Below, piece after piece: positions 26,104-31,447 of a DNA stretch of 31,447 nucleotides (positions within the stretch are counted from its first letter, which is position 1; every line of letters begins with the position of its first letter). A model generated the notes under the pieces. It saw only the letters and a list, made by a program, of their open reading frames with translations, was not told the DNA's origin and made no database searches. The position numbers were made by a program, and so were the translations under genes. Location of the stretch: NCBI GenBank assembly GCA_043786345.1, contig JAYVWD010000125.1, forward strand, positions 1 to 31,447. Direction: 5' to 3'. Origin of the DNA: Pseudomonadota bacterium. Lineage in GTDB: Bacteria; Bdellovibrionota_B; Oligoflexia; Oligoflexales; CAIYRB01.

Positions 26104-27078
26104 ATGGACAGAAACCTGGCGATGGAATTCGTGCGCGTCACCGAGGCCGCCGCCCTGTCCGTGAGCCCCTGGATCGGCCGTGGCAAGGAAACCGAGGCCG
26201 ACCAGGCCGCGGTCACCGCGATGCGCTTCGCCTTCGACACCATCCCGTTCCAAGGCACCATCGTCATCGGCGAGGGCGAGCGCGACGAGGCGCCGATGCT
26301 CTTCATCGGCGAGAAGCTCGGCGCCAAGGAAGGGCCGCAGATCGACATCGCCTGCGACCCGCTCGAAGGCACGACGATCACCGCCATGGGCCGCAGCGAG
26401 GCCCTCGCCGTCATCGCCGCCGCCGAGCACGGCAACTTCCTGCACGCCCCCGATACCTACATGGACAAGCTCGCCGTCGGGCCGCTCGCCAAGGGCGCCA
26501 TCGACATCAGCAAGTCGCCGACCTGGAACCTGCAACAGGTGGCCAAGCGCCTCAACAAAAGCGTCTCCGAGCTCATGGTCATCATCCTCGACCGCCCGCG
26601 CCACGCCGACCTGATCGCCGAGGTCCGCGCCACCGGCGCCCGCATCCGCCTGATCGGCGACGGCGACGTCTCGGCCGCGATCGCCACGGCCAACCCGCAG
26701 AGCGGCGTCGACATCCTGATGGGCATCGGCGGCGCGCCCGAGGGCGTCATCGCCGCCGCGGCCCTGCGTTGCCTCGACGGCGACATGCAAGGCGTCCTCA
26801 AGTGGCGCAATGATACCGAGCGCGCCCGCGCCAAGAAGATGGGCGTCACCGACGAAAACCGCGTGTACACGGCCGAGCAGCTCGCCAAGGGCAACGTCAT
26901 GTTCATCGCGACCGGCGTCACCAACGGCAGCTACCTGGACGGCGTCCGGATCTACGGCGGCCGCGCCCACACCCACTCGATCGTCATGCGCTCCGAGACC
27001 GGCACCGTCCGCGAAATCCGCGCCACGCACCGCCTCTCGACCAAGCCGGGCTACCACGGACCCGGGGATCGGCTCTGA
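26104..27078 (+). CDS. glpX: Class II fructose-1,6-bisphosphatase
   Basis: RVTEAAA, GEGERDEAPML.IGE, DPLEGT, DTYMDKL, LDRPRH, DGDV, GIGGAPEGV, ATGVT.G motifs. Confidence 0.98.
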   Translation: MDRNLAMEFVRVTEAAALSVSPWIGRGKETEADQAAVTAMRFAFDTIPFQGTIVIGEGERDEAPMLFIGEKLGAKEGPQIDIACDPLEGTTITAMGRSEALAVIAAAEHGNFLHAPDTYMDKLAVGPLAKGAIDISKSPTWNLQQVAKRLNKSVSELMVIILDRPRHADLIAEVRATGARIRLIGDGDVSAAIATANPQSGVDILMGIGGAPEGVIAAAALRCLDGDMQGVLKWRNDTERARAKKMGVTDENRVYTAEQLAKGNVMFIATGVTNGSYLDGVRIYGGRAHTHSIVMRSETGTVREIRATHRLSTKPGYHGPGDRL

Positions 27079-27479
27079 GCGCGAAGGCCGAGGACATCCT
27101 TCGGCCGTCGACCTGGACCCCTTGGCGGGCGGGGCTGTGTGAGGGCTGTCATGCGGGCTGCTGCACGCTGCCGGTCGAGGCGAGCCCGGCGGACCTCGTG
27201 CGCCTCGGACTGGTCTCCGGCTCTGAGGCGGGTGGCTCCCTCAAGGAGGCGGCGCGCCGGCTCGTCGGGCAGGGTCTCGTGCGGAGCTTTCGGGCGGCGT
27301 CCCGGCAGTTCGCCCTGATGCAGCGCGCGAACGGGGACTGCGTGTTTCTCGGGGCAGAGACGCGGCGCTGCACCGTTTACGAGACGCGGCCCGAGGTTTG
27401 CCGGGGTTTTCCGGAGGTCGGGCCGCGGCCGGGGTTTTGTCCCGCGTCGCGCCTGCGACCGGCCGCGGGAAGGCGCTGA
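27075..27479 (+). CDS. YkgJ-family cysteine-cluster (zinc/iron-chelating) protein with probable CTG start
   Basis: The in-frame region upstream of the ORF-track GTG (27198) encodes RPSTW..W..GLCEGCHAGCC. C-terminal part has DCVFL...RRCTVYE.RPEVCR.FP..GP.PGFCP. Confidence 0.8.
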   Translation: MSAKAEDILRPSTWTPWRAGLCEGCHAGCCTLPVEASPADLVRLGLVSGSEAGGSLKEAARRLVGQGLVRSFRAASRQFALMQRANGDCVFLGAETRRCTVYETRPEVCRGFPEVGPRPGFCPASRLRPAAGRR

Positions 27480-27571
27480 CGTTTTCCTTGCAGCGGCCGA
27501 ACTTTCGGACATTCGGCGCGGGTTCCGGCCGGCCTAGGCGCCGTGGCTAAGGAATTCATTGGTTTTTCGGG

Positions 27572-27587
27572 TGGCACAGGCCGTGCT
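27572..27587 (+). promoter_or_regulatory. sigma54 (-24/-12) promoter TGGCACAGGCCGTGCT for the lipoprotein pair
   Basis: TGGCAC -24 box and exact GG-N10-GC spacing, 51 bp upstream of the ATG at 27639. Confidence 0.65.
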
Positions 27588-27638
27588 TTAGGTGAGGCAG
27601 CAACCCCTAAAGCAACCTGTCCGGCTGGAGACCGCAAC

Positions 27639-28595
27639 ATGCGTAACGCGCTCATCCTCGTTTTCATCGCTCTTTCGGCGTGCGGGCGGCCGCACCCGGG
27701 GGCCAGGCTCGAGGACGGGATCGTGTTCCCTAGCTATGAAGTCGTCTACTCGGCGTACTTGACGAGCTGCCAACAAGGTCCAAACGACACCTACCTGGGC
27801 TGCAACGAGTACTCGTCGTGGTTCAATCTGCCGCAGCTCGCCGCCACGGGCAACCAACTGATCAAAGCCGCCGGCCGCCAGGTCGAATTCACATACTGGT
27901 TTCCCTGCGAGTCCGATCAACCGATCAAAGCCGTCCTCCAGCTGCAGAACGGCACCGAGATCCCGGTCGAGAGCACGCACGGGAGTATCAAAAAACTCGT
28001 CAGCTACGTCACGATGACCCCCGATACGCAGGTCCGCTTCCGCCTTCCGGCGCATGCGACCCGGATCGTCGGCAACGAGTGCCGGTTTTTCGTCGATTCA
28101 AAGTTCGTCCTGCCCAACATCCCCGTCATCAAGGAATACGCCAGCGACCTGCGCCTCATGATCGCGAACGCCAACGCCTTGTGGAGCACGGCGCAGGTCG
28201 CGCTCGACGACGTGGTCCTCGCCAACCTCATCGCGAGCGGCATCGCGACCCTCGAGGCGCTCCGGGACGACTATCAGAATGCTGCCGACGTCGCCACCGA
28301 TCCGATCGACAAAAAGACCGCTCTGGCCGAGGTCGCCAAAATCAATCTGTCCCTAATGGATCTCGCGGCGTCGAAGGCCAGGATCACGACGAAATGCGCG
28401 GCCGGAGCGCAGACGGCCGAGTGCAAACAGGCCATAAGCTCCGTCGCGGTCGGCATCGCGGAGCTGCGGACGTCGCTCACCGCGAAGCGCGACTCGCTCG
28501 CCACCTTCCTGAGCGCGGAGCTCGCGCTCCTCGCGAAGGCCTCGGACGCCGTAAAGGCGGAGCTCGCCAAGATCATCGGTGAGTTGAGCGTCTGA
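27639..28595 (+). CDS. Hypothetical lipoprotein (318 aa): Cys-containing beta-rich N-domain plus long amphipathic helical C-domain
   Basis: MRNALILVFIALSA-C lipobox, ATG after GGAG. Confidence 0.85.
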   Translation: MRNALILVFIALSACGRPHPGARLEDGIVFPSYEVVYSAYLTSCQQGPNDTYLGCNEYSSWFNLPQLAATGNQLIKAAGRQVEFTYWFPCESDQPIKAVLQLQNGTEIPVESTHGSIKKLVSYVTMTPDTQVRFRLPAHATRIVGNECRFFVDSKFVLPNIPVIKEYASDLRLMIANANALWSTAQVALDDVVLANLIASGIATLEALRDDYQNAADVATDPIDKKTALAEVAKINLSLMDLAASKARITTKCAAGAQTAECKQAISSVAVGIAELRTSLTAKRDSLATFLSAELALLAKASDAVKAELAKIIGELSV

Positions 28596-28643
28596 CCGGT
28601 GTCCGCAAGCCCTTGAAACCGCTTCAAACCTGTGGAGAAACCG

Positions 28644-30749
28644 ATGCGTTACATGCAATTGATCCTCGCCGCGGCGGCGATGATGATGGGATGCCGGAAA
28701 ACGATCGAGACCAGGAACATCGAGGGCGGTGGCGCGCACGTCCTCGGCGACTGCGCCGTCGCCCTGACCGGGTGCGACGGCGGCGATCACCAGGACACGA
28801 CGCAGGACGTCGGCCATCTCACCAAAGAGCAAGTTGAGGCGTTGGCCGCGCAAAATCGGGCCGAGCAGAAACAGCACCGCGCGGCCGCCGCCTCGAACCT
28901 GGCGCATGCCCAGGACTTCCAGGATTGGTTCACCAAGAAATTCGGCACGTCCCTCGAAGCCGCCTTCGGTTCGCAGGCATATTACCAGAAGGTTCTCGGT
29001 GCCTTGCCGGAATTCCGGACGTTTCTGCAGGAAAAATACGGCCGCAACGGCTCGTTCATGAACGACTTCGCCCGCGACTGCCGGGACTTCCTCGAGAAGG
29101 AGGCCGTGGCCGCGGGGCAGACCGTGACGATCGAACGGGTGGACATCGTGACCGTCGATGGCGACGCCGTCGTCAGTAGCGACTCCACGACGAACTCGAC
29201 ACAAACGACCATCACCGCGTCCGCGATGCCGGGTGGGGTCGGCGGCAGCACCAGCATCCAAAACGGCACGGCCGGGACGTCCGGAAAGGCGGTGACGCAC
29301 AAGGGTCTGGAGTCCCAGGTCCGCATGACGGTGACGTATCGGACCCCTGATGGCCCGTCGATCTCGCAGGCGCCCTTTTTCCTCGCCGGCGACGGCCCCG
29401 CGATGGGGCATCACGACATCCTGATCGCCCAGCAGGACAAGCTCGATGCGGAGGCCCGCCAGCGGGCCCGCGCCGCCGCGCAAGCCAAGTATGCGGCTTA
29501 TCTGACGTGGAAAGCCGTCACCGTCCGCTACGTCTTTTCGCCCCTCAAAGGCGCCTTTGTCGTCGAAACGCCCGAAGTGACGGCCGCTTACGACTTCCTC
29601 GACCACGCCTGGCGGGCGTCCGCGACTTTAGCGGCGAGCAACCTTGCCAATAGCGCGGCGGCCCTGTCCGTCGCCTTGACCGAACTCGCGGCGAAGCAGG
29701 CGCGTGCCTATGCCGCGGTCGCAACCGCCAAGGCCGTGGTCGCCGCGGACGCGCCGGCGCCCGCGGCGCTTTCGGCCGCGCGGGACGTGCTAAAGGCCGC
29801 GGCCGCCGACGCCTGCTCGCAGCCGCAAGTCGCCGCCTGGCGCGACGCGTTGCGCTCCGAGCTCGTGCGGGCCTATGACTTGAACGACCACGCGGGGCGG
29901 TCGATCGCGGCGATCCAGGTTCTGCAGACGGCCGCCGACGCGTCGGCCTTGCTGAAGGCCGACGCGGCGTTCACCGACGGCCTGGCCGCGACGCTGGGCG
30001 CCGCCGAAGGGAACGACGTCGATCCGGCGCTTTGCCAGACGGTTTACCGGCTCTTCGACGGTTTGGCGCTCAAGACCGCGTCCATGATCCTCGCCGGTGC
30101 GACCGCCGAGCTCAAGACGCTTCTCGAGCAGCTCAACGCCGACATCGCGGCGGACCGCCTCCTGATCGCGGCCGTCAACCTCGCCAAAGAGCGCCGCGAC
30201 GAGGCGGCGGGCCTTGCCGGCCAGCTCAAGCAGGCGAGCGCCCGCGATCAATTGGAAACCGCGGTCTCGACCGCCGCGGTGATCACCGCGCGCCTCGAGG
30301 CCCTGAAGCAGGAGTCCGCGGCCGCCGACCCGAAGGACACGGCGACCAAGGCCGCGAACGGAGAGGCGATCGCGCTGCTCACGAACGGCCTTGCCGCCTG
30401 GTCGGCTTACCGCGCTCAAGTCTCGGCCTGGACCATGATCGCGCTGCGCAGCAAGCCCGCCCGTACCGGGCTCGCGTCCCTCCAGGCGGCCCTTGCCGCG
30501 CAGCCCGAGGGGCCGGCGCGCGACACGCTTTGGCGGACCTGGCTCGGCATCCTCGCGAGCGAGGGCGCGCAGGTGACCGGCGCCTGTTTCGACACCGGCG
30601 CCCGTTTCACGCCGGACTGCTGGGTGCTCAACCTGCCGGCGGAGGCGGAAACCGACGCGACCCTGGTCGCCTTTGACCACCGCTTGAGCGGCATCGAGCG
30701 CGCCATCGTGAGGATGAAGACCGCGCTCCTGCCGGCTCCCCCCTCCTGA
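28644..30749 (+). CDS. Hypothetical large lipoprotein (~701 aa), Ala-rich helical/coiled-coil C-terminal half
   Basis: MRYMQLILAAAAMMMG-C lipobox, ATG after GGAG, 48 bp downstream of the preceding lipoprotein gene. Confidence 0.82.
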   Translation: MRYMQLILAAAAMMMGCRKTIETRNIEGGGAHVLGDCAVALTGCDGGDHQDTTQDVGHLTKEQVEALAAQNRAEQKQHRAAAASNLAHAQDFQDWFTKKFGTSLEAAFGSQAYYQKVLGALPEFRTFLQEKYGRNGSFMNDFARDCRDFLEKEAVAAGQTVTIERVDIVTVDGDAVVSSDSTTNSTQTTITASAMPGGVGGSTSIQNGTAGTSGKAVTHKGLESQVRMTVTYRTPDGPSISQAPFFLAGDGPAMGHHDILIAQQDKLDAEARQRARAAAQAKYAAYLTWKAVTVRYVFSPLKGAFVVETPEVTAAYDFLDHAWRASATLAASNLANSAAALSVALTELAAKQARAYAAVATAKAVVAADAPAPAALSAARDVLKAAAADACSQPQVAAWRDALRSELVRAYDLNDHAGRSIAAIQVLQTAADASALLKADAAFTDGLAATLGAAEGNDVDPALCQTVYRLFDGLALKTASMILAGATAELKTLLEQLNADIAADRLLIAAVNLAKERRDEAAGLAGQLKQASARDQLETAVSTAAVITARLEALKQESAAADPKDTATKAANGEAIALLTNGLAAWSAYRAQVSAWTMIALRSKPARTGLASLQAALAAQPEGPARDTLWRTWLGILASEGAQVTGACFDTGARFTPDCWVLNLPAEAETDATLVAFDHRLSGIERAIVRMKTALLPAPPS

Positions 30750-30762
30750 AGGCGACCGTCCC

Positions 30763-31447
30763 TCAGAGATCGAGCGGCGTCGTGCGCGACAAATACGTCG
30801 GCAGGCCGGGGGCCTTGTCGGGCATCGCCGCCGTCACCTGCAAGCGCGCGGCATTGGTGAGCTGGCTCGCCGAAAACGTCGTCTGCCGCCGCGTGCCCGG
30901 CACGGTCGGCGAGTACCAGAGCGCCCGCCCCTGCGCGTCGAGCAGCGTCACATACCATTTGAAGTCCTCGGCGCTGCCGAACGGATTTCCGACGAGGACC
31001 ACCGTCTGCGTATTCGCGTCGTATTGGGCGGAAACGAACGCCGCGGGCGCCAGACTCACCACATAGGGGTAGTCCCTTACCAGGGGTAGGCCGTCGACCG
31101 TGTACGTCACGCGGAAGAAGAACACCTGTCCGACCCGCGGGGCGTGCCCGTCCGCGAGGATCACCCGCCGGGCAAACAGGCGGTCGCCCGTCGCGCCGTC
31201 CGCCGCGGCGGCAAGGTCGCCGCTCCAGGCCTCGGCCGCGCCGCCCGCCTCGACGACGGCGCCCGCGATCAGGGCGGACGGCGCGCGCACCTGGACGGAG
31301 GTGATGGTCCCGACGGCCCCGCTCGCGGCGAACGAGAAGGTCAGCGCCAGATAGTCGGCGCCGCGCCACGGCTTCGGCTCGGTGTCGCGCTCGGTAGCGA
31401 CGGTGACGTCGACGTTGACGGCGCCCTCGGCGACGGCGAAGCGGCTC
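30763..31447 (-). CDS. 5'-truncated hypothetical protein, beta-sandwich-like repeats (C-terminal part)
   Basis: Frame is open from the right window edge (...AVNVDVTVATERDTEPKPWRGADYLALTFSF...) to TGA at 30763-30765. The ORF-track start at 31290 is internal. Confidence 0.75.
   Translation of the reverse strand, partial: SRFAVAEGAVNVDVTVATERDTEPKPWRGADYLALTFSFAASGAVGTITSVQVRAPSALIAGAVVEAGGAAEAWSGDLAAAADGATGDRLFARRVILADGHAPRVGQVFFFRVTYTVDGLPLVRDYPYVVSLAPAAFVSAQYDANTQTVVLVGNPFGSAEDFKWYVTLLDAQGRALWYSPTVPGTRRQTTFSASQLTNAARLQVTAAMPDKAPGLPTYLSRTTPLDL

Noticed and set aside
27570-27640. Possible riboswitch (e.g. c-di-GMP-I) in the lipoprotein leader
   Set aside because: Lacks the conserved GGCAAAC / GNRA-receptor core, and the hairpin overlaps the predicted promoter.

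Overview
GC-rich bacterial chromosomal window, mostly housekeeping: nnr, rpoZ, panE, purC, yaiI, the mreB-mreC-mreD-mrdA-rodA operon, a PpiD-like rotamase, an NAD kinase and glpX. Protein styles and gene neighbours suggest Bdellovibrionota (Oligoflexia-like) or a related delta-lineage; this is inference only. I saw no rRNA, tRNA, CRISPR array or IS element. The most interesting unexplained elements are: (1) three correctly spaced sigma54 (-24/-12) promoter candidates, two driving a divergent ferritin-like / hemerythrin / apparently dead M28 module and one driving a pair of uncharacterised helical lipoproteins; (2) a tandem pair of 125-aa paralogs of unknown family near rpoZ; (3) two identically spaced FliA-like promoter candidates, ahead of a small hypothetical gene and a pseudo-receiver-TPR gene; (4) a TPR plus beta-barrel protein (Slam-like architecture) beside a divergent thermolysin-like lipoprotein; (5) an NADK2/NADK3-like kinase coupled to a lipoyl-less E2 acyltransferase core; (6) a perfect 12-bp operator at a MarR-GNAT gene; (7) a YkgJ-family gene with no canonical start upstream of its Cys motif, apparently initiating at a CTG that overlaps the glpX stop. 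All assignments come from motif reading by eye; no database searches were run.
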